In this document: piece by piece, positions 19,710 through 30,804 of the stretch
Position numbering within the stretch: position 1 is the first letter of the stretch
Layout: every line of letters starts with the position of its first letter
From: Atribacterota bacterium
GTDB lineage: Bacteria > Atribacterota > Phoenicimicrobiia > Phoenicimicrobiales > Stramentimicrobiaceae
Length of the DNA: 64,000 nucleotides
Assembly: GCA_040767965.1 (NCBI GenBank)
Contig: JAXGNR010000004.1
Span: forward strand, 640,001 to 704,000
Direction of reading: 5' to 3'
Notes under the pieces: generated by a model
Database searches by the model: none
What the model was told of the DNA's origin: nothing
What the model saw: the letters and a program-made list of their open reading frames with translations, nothing else
Made by a program: the position numbers and the translations under genes

Positions 19710-20937
19710 TTATATCTCCTCCTTTTTTCGAGACATATGCTGAAATATTACCTCTGTTTAATATTATTTCCAATAAATCATTATCTTTTACCTGTTTTTT
19801 ATCTTTAATAATTTCTTTGCCTTCTTTTTTATAACAAATACTATAACCCCTATTCAGTATAGATTTAGGGCTTAAAGAAATGATTTTATCTTTATAGTTT
19901 TTGATTTTATTTTCATTAATATCTATTATATGTTTTATACTGGTGTTTAGCCTGTTGGAAAAATCGTCAATTGTTTGAAAGTGTTGCAGTATTTTGTTTT
20001 TAGGGCTCTGATATTTCAGGTTTTTTATAGTGCTGATATATTCATGTTTTTTAATATCAAATATATGATTCATTATCCGATTTATTTTTTGATTTATCAG
20101 CTTTAAATGAGATAATAAGAAATTTTTATCCGGTATTGCAATTTCAGCTGCACCTGAGGGGGTTGGGGCTCTAAGATCAGCTACAAAGTCAGATATTGTA
20201 AAATCTGTTTCATGTCCTACAGCAGATATAATCGGGATTTTAGAGGCATATATTTCTCTTGCCAGTTTTTCATCATTAAAAGCCCATAATTCTTCAATAG
20301 ATCCCCCTCCTCGTCCAATAATTATAAAATCCAAATCAGGGATATTCTTATTCAAGAACTTAATATTAGCAGTAATTTGAGGCGCGGCTTCTTCCCCCTG
20401 GACCTGAGCGGGGACTACTATTATATGAATATTGGAGAACCTTCTTAAAGTAATGGAGATAATATCTCTAATTGCTGCTCCGGTGGGGGATGTTATAACT
20501 GCTATTTTATGTGGTAACTTTGGTAAATTTTTTTTATTTTCTTTTGCAAAAAAACCTTCGTTTTTTAGTTTTTCCTTTAAAGCCTCAAAAGCTGCAAAGA
20601 GAGCTCCTTTTCCTGCTTCAGACATTTGAAAAACGTAAAACTGATATTCTCCCCTTTTTTCATAAACACGAATATCTCCAGTAGCTCTTACTTCTAATCC
20701 ATCCCGAGGGTCAAAGGATAATCCAAGATTACTGCCTCTAAACATTACGCATCTTATTTGACTCTGATCATCTTTTAAAACAAAATACATATGTCCGGAA
20801 GAATGATATTTAAAGTTGCTTATTTCTCCGGTTATGGTTAAGTTATTCAATTGAGGATTTGAATTGAATAGTTTTTGAATGTACTTATTTATTTTGCTGA
20901 CTGTATATATTTTTTTTGTTTCTTTGCTTAAAATCAT
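19702..20937 (-). CDS. xseA: Exodeoxyribonuclease VII large subunit
   Basis: GEISNF..SGHMYF, TSPTGAAIRD, RGGGSIEELWAFN, GHETDFT, APTPS. Confidence 0.98.
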   Translation of the reverse strand: MILSKETKKIYTVSKINKYIQKLFNSNPQLNNLTITGEISNFKYHSSGHMYFVLKDDQSQIRCVMFRGSNLGLSFDPRDGLEVRATGDIRVYEKRGEYQFYVFQMSEAGKGALFAAFEALKEKLKNEGFFAKENKKNLPKLPHKIAVITSPTGAAIRDIISITLRRFSNIHIIVVPAQVQGEEAAPQITANIKFLNKNIPDLDFIIIGRGGGSIEELWAFNDEKLAREIYASKIPIISAVGHETDFTISDFVADLRAPTPSGAAEIAIPDKNFLLSHLKLINQKINRIMNHIFDIKKHEYISTIKNLKYQSPKNKILQHFQTIDDFSNRLNTSIKHIIDINENKIKNYKDKIISLSPKSILNRGYSICYKKEGKEIIKDKKQVKDNDLLEIILNRGNISAYVSKKGGDIND

Positions 20938-20949
20938 ATCATCTCTTAA

Positions 20950-21366
20950 TTAAACATTTTTTTCAATTTTACCTAAAACCCCATTCACAAAGCAAAAAGA
21001 GCTTTCTGTACTATATTTTTTTGACAGTTCAACTGCTTCATTAATCGAAACGCTTTTGGGGATATTTTCCATAAATACAATTTCATAGATAGCAATTCGC
21101 AATATGTTTCGATCAATATTAGCAATTCTTTCAATAGACCAGTGGCTGGCATGTTGTTTTATTAGAGGGTCTATTTTTTCAAGTTTACTTAATACTCCCC
21201 TTACTAGTTGAAGTGAAAAATTTATGATTGAATCTGGATCTTTCATCTTCATTATTTCTTCAATAGCAAAAGTGTAAGCGCTGACTTCATCTATGTTGCC
21301 ATGAGCCAGATCAATTTGGAAAAGAATCTTGAGCGCGATTTCTCTGGAAACTCTTCTATTTCCCAT
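20950..21366 (-). CDS. nusB: Transcription antitermination factor NusB
   Basis: RRVSREIAL, IDRNILR, SINEAVELSKKY, FVNGVL. Confidence 0.96.
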   Translation of the reverse strand: MGNRRVSREIALKILFQIDLAHGNIDEVSAYTFAIEEIMKMKDPDSIINFSLQLVRGVLSKLEKIDPLIKQHASHWSIERIANIDRNILRIAIYEIVFMENIPKSVSINEAVELSKKYSTESSFCFVNGVLGKIEKNV

Positions 21367-21400
21367 AAATTCCTCTTTTATATTTTCAATTTTGTCTTTT

Positions 21401-21826
21401 TTATTTAATTAAAAAAACTTCAGGTATTAAAAGAATATCTTTATGATTATTACTGTTCGGGTATCTGATTCCCTGGATATGAACATCAATATTAGTGATA
21501 TCCAAAAAGGTTATTTCTTTTATTTTTTCTTTTACTTTTGCCTGTATTTCCCAGGTAAGATCAGGAATTCTGATTCCATAGTAAATAATTAAAAAAAGAC
21601 TTAATGATATATCGCCAGGTTTTATCTCTATCCTGATTTCCTGACTTGGTAAATTTAATTTTTCCTGGTTATTTTTTTTAATTTTCTTACCAATATTTTT
21701 TAAGATAGAATTTTTTGGCTTATAAATGCCTTTAATTTCTTTTAAGGTATCCCGAACAATAGTTTCTATTGTTGTTTTATAGATATTAATATTGCCATTT
21801 TGCATTTTTACAGTTGCGAAATCCAT
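21401..21826 (-). CDS. Asp23/Gls24 family protein
   Basis: YGIRIPDLTWEIQAKVKEKI...IDVHIQGI; efp-asp23-nusB synteny. Confidence 0.85.
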   Translation of the reverse strand: MDFATVKMQNGNINIYKTTIETIVRDTLKEIKGIYKPKNSILKNIGKKIKKNNQEKLNLPSQEIRIEIKPGDISLSLFLIIYYGIRIPDLTWEIQAKVKEKIKEITFLDITNIDVHIQGIRYPNSNNHKDILLIPEVFLIK

Positions 21827-21881
21827 AATAAGCCTTTCCTTAAGCTTTCCTTGAACAATGAGTGTTCGATCAGAAATTTAT

Positions 21882-22454
21882 CTATGCTCTTTCCTGATAT
21901 TTTTTGTCTTTAGTGCTTATTTTTATAATATCACCTTCTTTAACAAAAAGAGGAACCTGTACTTCAGCACCAGTTTCCAGCGTGGCTGGTTTTAATGCGC
22001 CAGAAACTGTGTTGCCTTTTGCTCCCGGCATTGTTTTAATCACCTCTAGAGATATGCTGGCGGGCAGTTCAATACCAATTACCTTGTTATTCCAAAAAGT
22101 AATTTGAACATCATTACCTTCTTTAAGTATATCTGCATAATCGCCAATCATATCAATATTGACAAGTACTTGCTCAAAAGTATCTTTGTCCATAAAATAA
22201 TAATTATGGCCATCATTGTAAAGATATTGCATGTCTTTTCTATCAATAATTGCCTGTTCAAATTTTTCACCAGCTCTAAATGTTCTATCTAAAACAGCTC
22301 CTGTTTGTATATTTTTTAGTTTAGTTCTGACAAATGCTCCACCTTTGCCGGGCTTTACATGTTGAAATTCAACAATTGTATAAAGATCCTGGTCAAGTTC
22401 GATACTTAATCCATTTTTAAAGTCGCTAGTAGATATCAAGGTATTTTCCTCCAA
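21882..22454 (-). CDS. efp: Elongation factor P
   Basis: FQHVKPGKGGAFVRTKLKN, KPATLETG..VPLFV. Confidence 0.98.
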   Translation of the reverse strand: MEENTLISTSDFKNGLSIELDQDLYTIVEFQHVKPGKGGAFVRTKLKNIQTGAVLDRTFRAGEKFEQAIIDRKDMQYLYNDGHNYYFMDKDTFEQVLVNIDMIGDYADILKEGNDVQITFWNNKVIGIELPASISLEVIKTMPGAKGNTVSGALKPATLETGAEVQVPLFVKEGDIIKISTKDKKYQERA

Positions 22455-22552
22455 TGTGTTAATAAATATAAAATCATTATAACATAATGTATTTAAGCAA
22501 ATTTAAATGTATTTATAAATATCTTTGCTTAATTTTATGCTATCTAATATGA

Positions 22553-23779
22553 TTATTCTACAAATTTTTTACAAAGGTTCTTTACTTCATTTAAAACATC
22601 TTGCTTTACTTTTTCATTATCAATATTAGTTAAAACTTTGTTTATTAATTCTGCAATATAAATCATCTCATTCTCTTTCATGCCTCTTGTGGTCATAGCT
22701 GGAGTACCAATGCGAATCCCGCTGGTTACCATAGGAGGTTGAGTGTCAAACGGAACAGCATTTTTATTAACCGTTATCCCTGATTCTTCTAGAGATTTTT
22801 CAGCCACTTTCCCTGTAATTCCTTTATTTCGCAAATCAACAAGCATTAAATGGTTATCAGTTCCGCCTGAGACTAATTTATAGTCCATTGACATTAATTT
22901 TTCTGCCAATGCAGAAGCATTTCTTTTAATCTGCTTTTGGTAAGTAACAAAGCTAGCAGAAAAAGCCTGTTTAAAACAAACTGCTTTTGCAGCAATCACA
23001 TGCATTAATGGACCCCCTTGAATGCCGGGGAAAATACTTTTATCTACTGTTTTAGCAAGATCTTTTTGACAGAGTATCAATCCTCCTCTAGGGCCACGCA
23101 ATGTTTTGTGTGTTGTAGTTGTTACAAAGTGGCAATAAGGGATTGGACTAACATGCTCACCGGTAACTATTAAACCGGCAATATGTGCGATATCAGCCAT
23201 GAGATAAGCTCCAACTTCATCAGCTATTTCTCTGAATTTAGCGAAATTTATTTCTCTGGGATAAGCACTTGCTCCTGTAACAATCATTTTGGGTTTGTTT
23301 TCAATTGCCAATTGTTTTACTTGTTCATAATCAATTCTGCCGGTATCTTGCTGTACACCATAAGGGATTATATTGTACATCTTTCCAGAAAAATTAACAG
23401 GGCTACCATGTGTCAAATGTCCACCATGAGAAAGATTCATAGACAAAATAGTATCACCTGGCTGCAAAACGCTAAAATATACAGACATGTTTGCCTGTGA
23501 ACCGGAATGAGGTTGAACATTTGCATGGTCAGCAGAAAAAAGTTTTTTAGCTCTTTCAATAGCCAGAGTTTCTATCTCATCAATAAACTGACATCCTCCA
23601 TAATATTTTTTTCCAGGATACCCTTCTGCGTACTTGTTTGTTAAGACAGAACCCTGGGCTTCCAAAATAGCATCATCTACAAAATTTTCAGAAGCTATCA
23701 GCTCTATGGTATATTTTTGTCTTTCTTCTTCTTTTTGAATCAAATCAAAAATTTCTTTATCTATATTTTTCAAACTCAA
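22553..23779 (-). CDS. glyA: Serine hydroxymethyltransferase
   Basis: [38 protein letters not shown]. Confidence 0.99.
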   Translation of the reverse strand: MSLKNIDKEIFDLIQKEEERQKYTIELIASENFVDDAILEAQGSVLTNKYAEGYPGKKYYGGCQFIDEIETLAIERAKKLFSADHANVQPHSGSQANMSVYFSVLQPGDTILSMNLSHGGHLTHGSPVNFSGKMYNIIPYGVQQDTGRIDYEQVKQLAIENKPKMIVTGASAYPREINFAKFREIADEVGAYLMADIAHIAGLIVTGEHVSPIPYCHFVTTTTHKTLRGPRGGLILCQKDLAKTVDKSIFPGIQGGPLMHVIAAKAVCFKQAFSASFVTYQKQIKRNASALAEKLMSMDYKLVSGGTDNHLMLVDLRNKGITGKVAEKSLEESGITVNKNAVPFDTQPPMVTSGIRIGTPAMTTRGMKENEMIYIAELINKVLTNIDNEKVKQDVLNEVKNLCKKFVE

Positions 23780-23825
23780 AGGAATACCTCCTATTTTTAT
23801 ATATTAATTTATACTTATAAATATT

Positions 23826-24923
23826 TTAATCAAGATAAGAACTTATTCTAATTTCTTTTGGTAATAATGTTAAGATATCGCATCCCTTTTCAGTGATAAC
23901 GACTGTATCTTCAATTCTCACTCCTCCAATCCCGGGAACATATATGCCTGGTTCCACAGTAACTACCATTCCAGGCTCTAATGTAGTATGATCATTTGGA
24001 CTGAGTCTTGGCAATTCATGAATATCCAATCCGACTCCATGCCCTAAAGAATGTCCAAAATACTCACCATAACCGGCTGTTGTAATTATATTTCTTGCAA
24101 AAATATCAAGGTCAGAGCATTTTACCCCAGGTTTTATTTTTTGAAGCGTATCTATTTGAGTCTTTTTTATTATGTCAAAGATCTTTTGCTGCTTATCATT
24201 TGGAGTTCCTTTTATAAAAGATCTGGTGCAGTCAGAACAATACATTTCTAATATACAACCGAAATCTATAATAACAAGCTCATTGTCTTTGATGATTTTT
24301 TCAGAGGGCTGTCCATGTATCAAAAGTCCTCTTTCGCCTGAAGTAACAATTAAATCAAAAGACTCTTTGAAAGCGCCATTTTTTCGCATTTTGTAATTTA
24401 AAAGTGCAGCTACAGATAATTCACTATCATTTCCTTTAATGGAAGAAATGGTTTGTAGGAAAGATTTGGTAGCAATCTCACATGACTTTTTCAAAATCTC
24501 AATCTCCGTAGAATCTTTAATTACTCTGATTTTTTCAATAATATTTTCAAAAGGATACAATGCTATATTAGCTAAAATTTTTTCATACTTTTGAAAATCT
24601 TTAAATGTCATGGAAGCAGATTCGAACCCCAATGTTTTTATTTTATAACCTAAGGATAATTGATAAATTAATATTATTTGAGAATCAGGTTCTTTAATGT
24701 CTTGTGTGATAATCTCACAGTTTACTGTTTCTATTTTTGCCTGTTCTGTATAGCGAGGATCGGTAATAAGGAAATTAGACTCCCTGGTTAATAATAATAA
24801 ACCTTCTCCAGTAAAAGAAGATAAATAAAAAATATTTTTTGGGTTACTTACCAGAAAGGCATCAATCTGCAAAGGATTAGCATTTAATGCATTCCATAAT
24901 TTAGATAATCTATTTTTTTTCAA
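23826..24923 (-). CDS. Xaa-Pro aminopeptidase/dipeptidase (M24B)
   Basis: [38 protein letters not shown]. Confidence 0.95.
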   Translation of the reverse strand: MKKNRLSKLWNALNANPLQIDAFLVSNPKNIFYLSSFTGEGLLLLTRESNFLITDPRYTEQAKIETVNCEIITQDIKEPDSQIILIYQLSLGYKIKTLGFESASMTFKDFQKYEKILANIALYPFENIIEKIRVIKDSTEIEILKKSCEIATKSFLQTISSIKGNDSELSVAALLNYKMRKNGAFKESFDLIVTSGERGLLIHGQPSEKIIKDNELVIIDFGCILEMYCSDCTRSFIKGTPNDKQQKIFDIIKKTQIDTLQKIKPGVKCSDLDIFARNIITTAGYGEYFGHSLGHGVGLDIHELPRLSPNDHTTLEPGMVVTVEPGIYVPGIGGVRIEDTVVITEKGCDILTLLPKEIRISSYLD

Positions 24924-25057
24924 AGTGCTTCAACCTCACAAGTAAAAATAAGAAAATTCTATTATTCTGGAAAATATCTTCATTTAATCAGATATTTTAT
25001 GAATAGTAAATTTAATTATTCATAAAATCTAATGCTAATTATACTTGTATTTATTTC

Positions 25058-26407
25058 CTAAATGCAAATTTTTTCACCTATCAAATTGTATGGATAAGCT
25101 TTTGATATTCGCACATTAATCCATTTTCCGATATCTGCTTCAGATCCGTTTATTACTAATATATAGCCATCAATATCAGGCGCCTCTGAACAGGAACGAC
25201 CAGTCAAGACATTTTTATTGTTTTCTGACCATCCATCAATTAACACTTGTTTGACTTTACCTATCTGGTTTGACTGGTTTTGAGTTGATATTTTTTGCTG
25301 TAAACTCATTAATTTATCTAATCTTGTTTTTTTTATTTTTTCGGAAATCTGGTCTGGGTATTTACTGGCAGGGCATTCATCTTCATTGTAAAAAGGGAAT
25401 ACTCCTACTCTTTCTAATTTATATTCTGCAATAAAATCATATAATTCCTGAAAATCAGTTTCTGTTTCTCCCGGAAAACCAACAATAAAAGTGCTTCTGA
25501 TTGTTAAATTGGAAATGCGGGTACGCAAATTTTTAATCAGATTTATAATATAAGCTTTGTCTATTTTTCGATTCATTTTTTTTAGAATATTATCACTGAT
25601 ATGCTGTAATGGAATGTCTAAATAATTGCAAATATTAGGGTTGCTGCTGATAGTGTCAATCAATTTATCATCATAATGCTCTGGGTGTGTATATAATAAT
25701 CTAATTTTAATTTCTTTGTTTCTTATAATTTTTGTAAGATTTTCCAACAAATCTGCCAAAGCAGGTTTTCCGAAAAGGTCTTTACCATAATAAGTAGTAT
25801 CTTCTGCAACTAAAATCAGCTCTCTTAAAGAATTATTTCTAATAATTTTTTCTGTTTCTGTTAAAAGTGATTCAATAGTCCTGCTGCGATATTTTCCTCT
25901 TATTTTTGGGATCAGGCAGTATGTACATTTATTATTACATCCTTCAGCGATCTTGAGATAAGCATAGTGATTTGGAGTTAGCAAAAAACGAGGATGGGTG
26001 TCATCATAAAGCTTACCCGGATTAGGGCTAATCTTGCAAATAGGTAAAGATTTTTGCTGGAGGTCATTTATAATATTATCTATCATGTCTATCTCGTCAA
26101 CACCAATAAAAGCGTCTACTTCTGGCAATGATTCTATTAAGTCTTTAGAAGAATATCTCTGAGATAAACATCCGGCGACAATAATATGTTTTATTTTTCC
26201 TTCATTTTTAAGTCTGATTGCATTAAGAATAGCATCAATTGATTCTTCAACTGCCGGCTTGATAAAGCTACAGGTGTTGATTAGAGCTATATCTGCATTT
26301 TCAATATCATTTGTTATGCTAAAATTATTTTTCAATAAATAACCGCAAATAATCTCACTGTCAACAGAGTTTTTAGGGCATCCAAGTGATTGAATACAAA
26401 TTAACAT
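25058..26407 (-). CDS. rimO: Ribosomal protein S12 methylthiotransferase
   Basis: SLGCPKNSVDSE, NTCSFI, YLKIAEGCNNKCTYC, C-terminal TRAM with EAPDIDG; start likely 26407 (ORF track 26518). Confidence 0.94.
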   Translation of the reverse strand: MLICIQSLGCPKNSVDSEIICGYLLKNNFSITNDIENADIALINTCSFIKPAVEESIDAILNAIRLKNEGKIKHIIVAGCLSQRYSSKDLIESLPEVDAFIGVDEIDMIDNIINDLQQKSLPICKISPNPGKLYDDTHPRFLLTPNHYAYLKIAEGCNNKCTYCLIPKIRGKYRSRTIESLLTETEKIIRNNSLRELILVAEDTTYYGKDLFGKPALADLLENLTKIIRNKEIKIRLLYTHPEHYDDKLIDTISSNPNICNYLDIPLQHISDNILKKMNRKIDKAYIINLIKNLRTRISNLTIRSTFIVGFPGETETDFQELYDFIAEYKLERVGVFPFYNEDECPASKYPDQISEKIKKTRLDKLMSLQQKISTQNQSNQIGKVKQVLIDGWSENNKNVLTGRSCSEAPDIDGYILVINGSEADIGKWINVRISKAYPYNLIGEKICI

Positions 26408-26544
26408 AAAATTACTAACCTTATAAATTATTTTTATAATACTGCAGTATTTTATCATCATAAAAACAAGGTGTAAATAAAAAAACATGTTTAGCTGTAA
26501 TTTAAAATGCTTTAACACATTTTTTGTAATATATATTACTTGCT

Positions 26545-26579
26545 AAAAAATAAGGCAAGCTAAAAACTTGCCTTATTTT
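26545..26579 (-). terminator. Intrinsic terminator after the baeRF gene
   Basis: AAAATAAGGCAAG-7 nt-CTTGCCTTATTTT with T tail. Confidence 0.75.
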
Positions 26580-26619
26580 CATATTTAAATATAAAATATT
26601 TATTTATAGTATTTTAAAT

Positions 26620-27795
26620 TTAAAATCTATATATAGCTAGTATGTCTTCTCCATCTGGCATTTGTTCTTCATCTAATACATACACCTGGCCGCCATTTAA
26701 AATAGTATTGATAGCAGCAAAATTGTAGAGATCATAAAAGTCATTTTCTTTTGCTTCGTTTGCTATTAATTGAACTGTATTGTTTTCAGAATCAAATTTG
26801 CCATACTGGGAAATGTTGTTTTTTATCACCAAATTATCTATTCTGCTAAAACAGGAAGCAGAGACGATATCTTCCAGCTGAGTTGATGTTTTGCCTGTTC
26901 CTTTTAAATCATTATAAATTCTGTCTATTTCAGATATCTGTTTTTTAAAATATTCAAAAGCAATTTCCCTTGTTTTTTTATTAATTGCATCTGGAGGAAT
27001 ATCATCAGGGTTTCCTTCAACGCTATTATCAAGCAAATAAGGATAAGTATTTATTTCTTTGTAAATCGGGAAAAGTTCTTTCACGCACATAACAATTAAC
27101 GGTGTTTTCTGTTTACCAACTTTCTGATTAAGATATTTAGTTAATCCCTGGTCAATCATTCTAAAATACTGTAAAAGTTCTTCTTTTCTCTCATCATCAA
27201 CTACGCCCTGACCATGGAATATCGCTTTGCCACCGGAATGAGAATGATATTGCAAAGTTTTTTCAGTATCGACATATTGCAAAATATCCTGGAGGCTTTC
27301 AGGCATTCCATCTATATCTAACTTTTCCACTGATCTTTTAGTACAAAGATATACGTTGTTTGCATTTTTACTCAGTGATAACACGTAATAATTATTATTA
27401 AACATAACTTCAGGCAGTAAAGAGATAATATCGAAGTATTTATTAACAGTTGTCTTTTCAGGCATTTCGTTGGAAACCCGGAAATAAGAAAAATAATTCT
27501 CATTAATAAAAATTGCCAGACCTTCTTTCTGATTTTGCCAGAAAATCCTATCTTCAACCAGGTCTGCAGCCGGTTTAAGTATTTTTTCTATTTCTTTATT
27601 GTCAATTCCATATTCTTCTTCTAAGATTTTTCGTGTTGTATTGAGTAGATTTTTTAGTTGGATGGACATTTTTTTGACTTCACTGCTTGCAGCTGCCCTT
27701 GTGGGCATATAAATTGAAATGCTGGGTTCTTGTTTTTGCTCAATAAGACTATTAATTACTTTTTTAGTGACTTCTTTCACGGAATATCCCTCCAA
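26620..27795 (-). CDS. Bacterial archaeo-eukaryotic release factor (baeRF3/7-type) family protein, Balon-like
   Basis: SISIYMPT, QLKNLL, FWQNQKEGLAIF, YYVLSLS, FHGQG, YFRMID, GNPD, C-terminal GGQVYV...AIYRF; recognised by eye. Confidence 0.75.
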   Translation of the reverse strand: MEGYSVKEVTKKVINSLIEQKQEPSISIYMPTRAAASSEVKKMSIQLKNLLNTTRKILEEEYGIDNKEIEKILKPAADLVEDRIFWQNQKEGLAIFINENYFSYFRVSNEMPEKTTVNKYFDIISLLPEVMFNNNYYVLSLSKNANNVYLCTKRSVEKLDIDGMPESLQDILQYVDTEKTLQYHSHSGGKAIFHGQGVVDDERKEELLQYFRMIDQGLTKYLNQKVGKQKTPLIVMCVKELFPIYKEINTYPYLLDNSVEGNPDDIPPDAINKKTREIAFEYFKKQISEIDRIYNDLKGTGKTSTQLEDIVSASCFSRIDNLVIKNNISQYGKFDSENNTVQLIANEAKENDFYDLYNFAAINTILNGGQVYVLDEEQMPDGEDILAIYRF

Positions 27796-28015
27796 TTTTT
27801 TAAATTTTTTAAGTTTATATAAGTAAGTTCATACCTATATTGTATAGGTATTTTAATTATTATGCAATTCCTTTTAAATTAGAGTAATGCAGGTGAAAAT
27901 ATTTTTCATTTATATTTTTATGCAAGAATAATAAAAAAAGATGATATGAATATTATAGGCTTATAATATTGGCTCCGGACTGGTACTATTTTATATTTAT
28001 TAAAAGATCTTAATA

Positions 28016-28372
28016 TTATCTTTTATAATAATATTGTTTGAATTTTTGTTTCATCTCATTATCAATTGCCTGAACATGTTTTTCCACTACATCTGGAGGG
28101 CTTAGATTAACAAGCAATTTCATGCAGACATAAAATATAACAACATCTTCTATCCATCCGATAAAAGGTAAAAATATAATCGGAATTATATCTATTGGGG
28201 ACAAAACATAAAGAAAAGCACCATAAGAAATAATTTTAAGATATAAAGGAACTTTTTTATCTCTTACCAGTCGAAAAGCAAGCTTAAAAAAATTTGGAAT
28301 ATGCATTAACACACGTATCCAAAAATATTTTTTCTTTAATTTTTGATATTCTTCATTTTGGTAATTATTCAT
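28016..28372 (-). CDS. YkvA/DUF1232 family membrane protein
   Basis: RDKKVPLYLK...YVLSPIDIIP...IGWIEDV. Confidence 0.85.
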   Translation of the reverse strand: MNNYQNEEYQKLKKKYFWIRVLMHIPNFFKLAFRLVRDKKVPLYLKIISYGAFLYVLSPIDIIPIIFLPFIGWIEDVVIFYVCMKLLVNLSPPDVVEKHVQAIDNEMKQKFKQYYYKR

Positions 28373-28545
28373 TTAATGATTAAGTTTCCTTTTCTTTAAT
28401 AATGTTATTTTTAAAGAATGATAACATTTTTGTTAATTTAGTTTAATTGGTGTTAAGGTTTAGAAAATAATAATCTGGAAAATAACTGATATTTATTATA
28501 TTTTACCCTATAACAGATTTTACAGCAAAGGCAATTCATGTCAAT

Positions 28546-28605
28546 AAAAAATCCCGAAAAAGAGTTGAAAGACTATTGAAGTCTCTTCCCTGTTTCGGGA
28601 TTTTT
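28546..28605. terminator. Long hairpin downstream of the PKD lipoprotein gene
   Basis: AAAAATCCCGAAA...TTTCGGGATTTTT arms with inner AGAC/GTCT stem. Confidence 0.55.
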
Positions 28606-28626
28606 CATTAATTTATCTTAATAAGT

Positions 28627-28651
28627 TGTCAAAAGAACCGTCCCCGTGACA
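28627..28651. repeat. REP-like element TGTCA-AAAGAACCGTCCCCG-TGACA
   Basis: TGTCA/TGACA inverted ends around a GGGGACGGTTCT core; supplies the stop codon of the adjacent gene. Confidence 0.55.
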
Positions 28652-30227
28652 AAGTTAAGCTAAGGGTGGCAATTCCGTTAATTGTACTAGCTGTATCAGA
28701 AGAAAGAGTACCACTGTTGGCATAGAAATAAACTACTGTTCCATTTTCCACAGTGTTTCCTTCTGAATCAAGCACAATAGCTTGTATTGTTGATGTACCG
28801 CCTGGTACATTTGATTCAGGATTGGCATTTAAAGTAATTGATTCTATTTCCAGATCCTCTTCACCTATGCATTCAACTTCAACTGTTCCAGATACTGAGC
28901 CAATAAAGGCAGTTACTGTTGCCGTATCACCAGTTTGCATGGATGCACTTAGTTCTAAATCGACAGTTGCCATACCATTTATAGTATTAGCAGAATTAGC
29001 GAAAAGTGTACCACTGTTGGTAATAAAGTAAACAGCAGTCCCATCAGGTACAAATTGACCACCAGTATCAGTAACGATTGCGGTAATAGTTGATGTACCA
29101 CCTGCAATATTGGATCCAGGATTTGCATTTAATGTAATACTATCTACACCTGGCTCCTCTTCTGAAGTCACAGTAATTACAACAGTGGCATACCCAACTT
29201 TACCATTGGTATCAGTAACAGATAAAATAACCACATATGTATCGGGTTCTTCAAAAGTATGTGTAGTAGCAATACCTGTTCCGTTAGAGCCATCTCCAAA
29301 GTCCCAGTTATAACTATCAATTGAACATCCACAATCAGTTTCATTGCTCACAGAAGAGCCAGAACCGTCAAAAGCAACTGTAAATGGTGCATTACCTGTT
29401 GTAGAAGGTGATACCTGAATACTTGCAGTCGGAGAACCAACAGCTGAATCTCCAACATTTATTACAACTGTTGCGTATCCTTTATTTCCCCAATAATCAG
29501 TTACAGTTAATTTTGCAATGTAACCGCCTGAAACATAAGTATGTGCAGGTGGCATTACTCCAGTTCCTGTTGAACCGTCACCAAAATCCCAACTATAGCT
29601 AGCAATTCCCCGGTCGTCTGTCGATTGGGAAGCATCAAACTGTACAGTAAAAGGAGCATTACCGGTAGTATCCGGAGTGACATTAATAACTGCATTTGGT
29701 GGCACAAAATCTATTCCAGGTTCAACTGCCGGTAAATCAAAAGTTACAGATTTATTAATTTTGTGTCCGGCGCCATCAGTGCCAATCAAGGTGATAGTAC
29801 AGGTTATTTCAGTAATAAGGGGGTTGGATATAACATAATCCGCTACTTCTTTATAGTATAAAGGTAAGTTTTCAATTTCAGTAATACTTCCGGGCGTGCC
29901 AACTGAAGTTGCCGGGGCAACATAAAAAACAGTTCCAACTGTTCTGGATAAAGATGGAATTAATGTTCCTTTATTATGATATTTATAACTAAACCCTTCG
30001 CCGATAAATTCAACTTGGTTTAATGAATAAACCTCTAAGTCGATTGTTCCACCTTCGTCAGAAAAGTCAATTTCAGTAAAATTGACACGAATTTGAGCTT
30101 TGGGATCAAAAACATTTATAATGCCTTCTCCAAACCAGTTACAACCGGCCAGCAATACAGAAAATAATATTAATATTGATAAAAACAGTATAAGTTTCCT
30201 TTTTTCTTTTAAAATATTCTTCCGCAA
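28629..30227 (-). CDS. Surface lipoprotein with two PKD domains and two Big_1/invasin Ig-like domains
   Basis: Lipobox LAGC; two GNAPFTVxFD..Y.WDFGDG PKD repeats; two SITLNANP..GGTSTI.AIV..G..VYF..NSGTL repeats, the second cut short. Confidence 0.88.
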   Translation of the reverse strand: MRKNILKEKRKLILFLSILILFSVLLAGCNWFGEGIINVFDPKAQIRVNFTEIDFSDEGGTIDLEVYSLNQVEFIGEGFSYKYHNKGTLIPSLSRTVGTVFYVAPATSVGTPGSITEIENLPLYYKEVADYVISNPLITEITCTITLIGTDGAGHKINKSVTFDLPAVEPGIDFVPPNAVINVTPDTTGNAPFTVQFDASQSTDDRGIASYSWDFGDGSTGTGVMPPAHTYVSGGYIAKLTVTDYWGNKGYATVVINVGDSAVGSPTASIQVSPSTTGNAPFTVAFDGSGSSVSNETDCGCSIDSYNWDFGDGSNGTGIATTHTFEEPDTYVVILSVTDTNGKVGYATVVITVTSEEEPGVDSITLNANPGSNIAGGTSTITAIVTDTGGQFVPDGTAVYFITNSGTLFANSANTINGMATVDLELSASMQTGDTATVTAFIGSVSGTVEVECIGEEDLEIESITLNANPESNVPGGTSTIQAIVLDSEGNTVENGTVVYFYANSGTLSSDTASTINGIATLSLTLSRGRFF

Positions 30228-30268
30228 TCCCTTTCCCTCCCTTTTTTTAATTTAACCGGAGATTAAAT

Positions 30269-30350
30269 TGGTATTTGGTATATATAGTATTGAGTATATA
30301 GTATAAAATATGTACATAAATTAGTGTATCGAGTAATAAATATAGTATCC
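30269..30350. repeat. Degenerate heptamer array (AGTATAT-like), left arm
   Basis: ggtattt ggtatat at agtattg agtatat agtataa ... gtatcg agtaat. Confidence 0.7.
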
Positions 30351-30374
30351 AATATTTATGTAATTTAAGTTATT

Positions 30375-30768
30375 TTAATCTAATTTTTTAATTAATTTAA
30401 ATATCATTTTACAAATATATTTGGTTTTATCAGTTATTTTTTCTTTTATGTTTTCGTTTATATATTCTAAATTACATGAGATAATTACTTGTGTTTCTAA
30501 TTCTGCACAACTGCCCAGTGTAATATATAAGATTTATTGTTTATATTCTTTGTTGTGATATCTTCTAAAACCTTCTGCAATATTCGATGGTATAGATACT
30601 GCACTCCTTCTCATCTGGGAAGTCAGTCCATAATATTTCATCATTTGGATATTTTCTTGTTACAAGATAAATGTCTTTGACTAACCTTATAATCTCTTGC
30701 CATATCCTCAGATCTTTAAAATTTTTAATTTTATTTTCTTTATTCTCAATATTTTCTATATCTGCCAT
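30375..30768 (-). pseudogene. Four-helix-bundle protein (TIGR02436 / 23S-IVS protein family), disrupted
   Basis: FKDLRIWQ..LVKDIY..T.KYP..E, +1 shift at ~30632, then YGLTSQMRRSAVSIPSNIAEGF, in-frame TAA at ~30535, then LYITLGSCAELETQ...MIFKLIKKLD*. Confidence 0.85.
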
Positions 30769-30804
30769 AATATTAAATCTTATCTTACACTATTTTTACA
30801 TTTC

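Noticed and set aside
28629-30768. Diversity-generating retroelement (Avd-like four-helix gene next to an Ig-domain surface protein)
   Set aside because: No reverse transcriptase in the window, and the duplicated Big_1/PKD segments differ at all base types rather than only at adenines, so there is no TR/VR pair.
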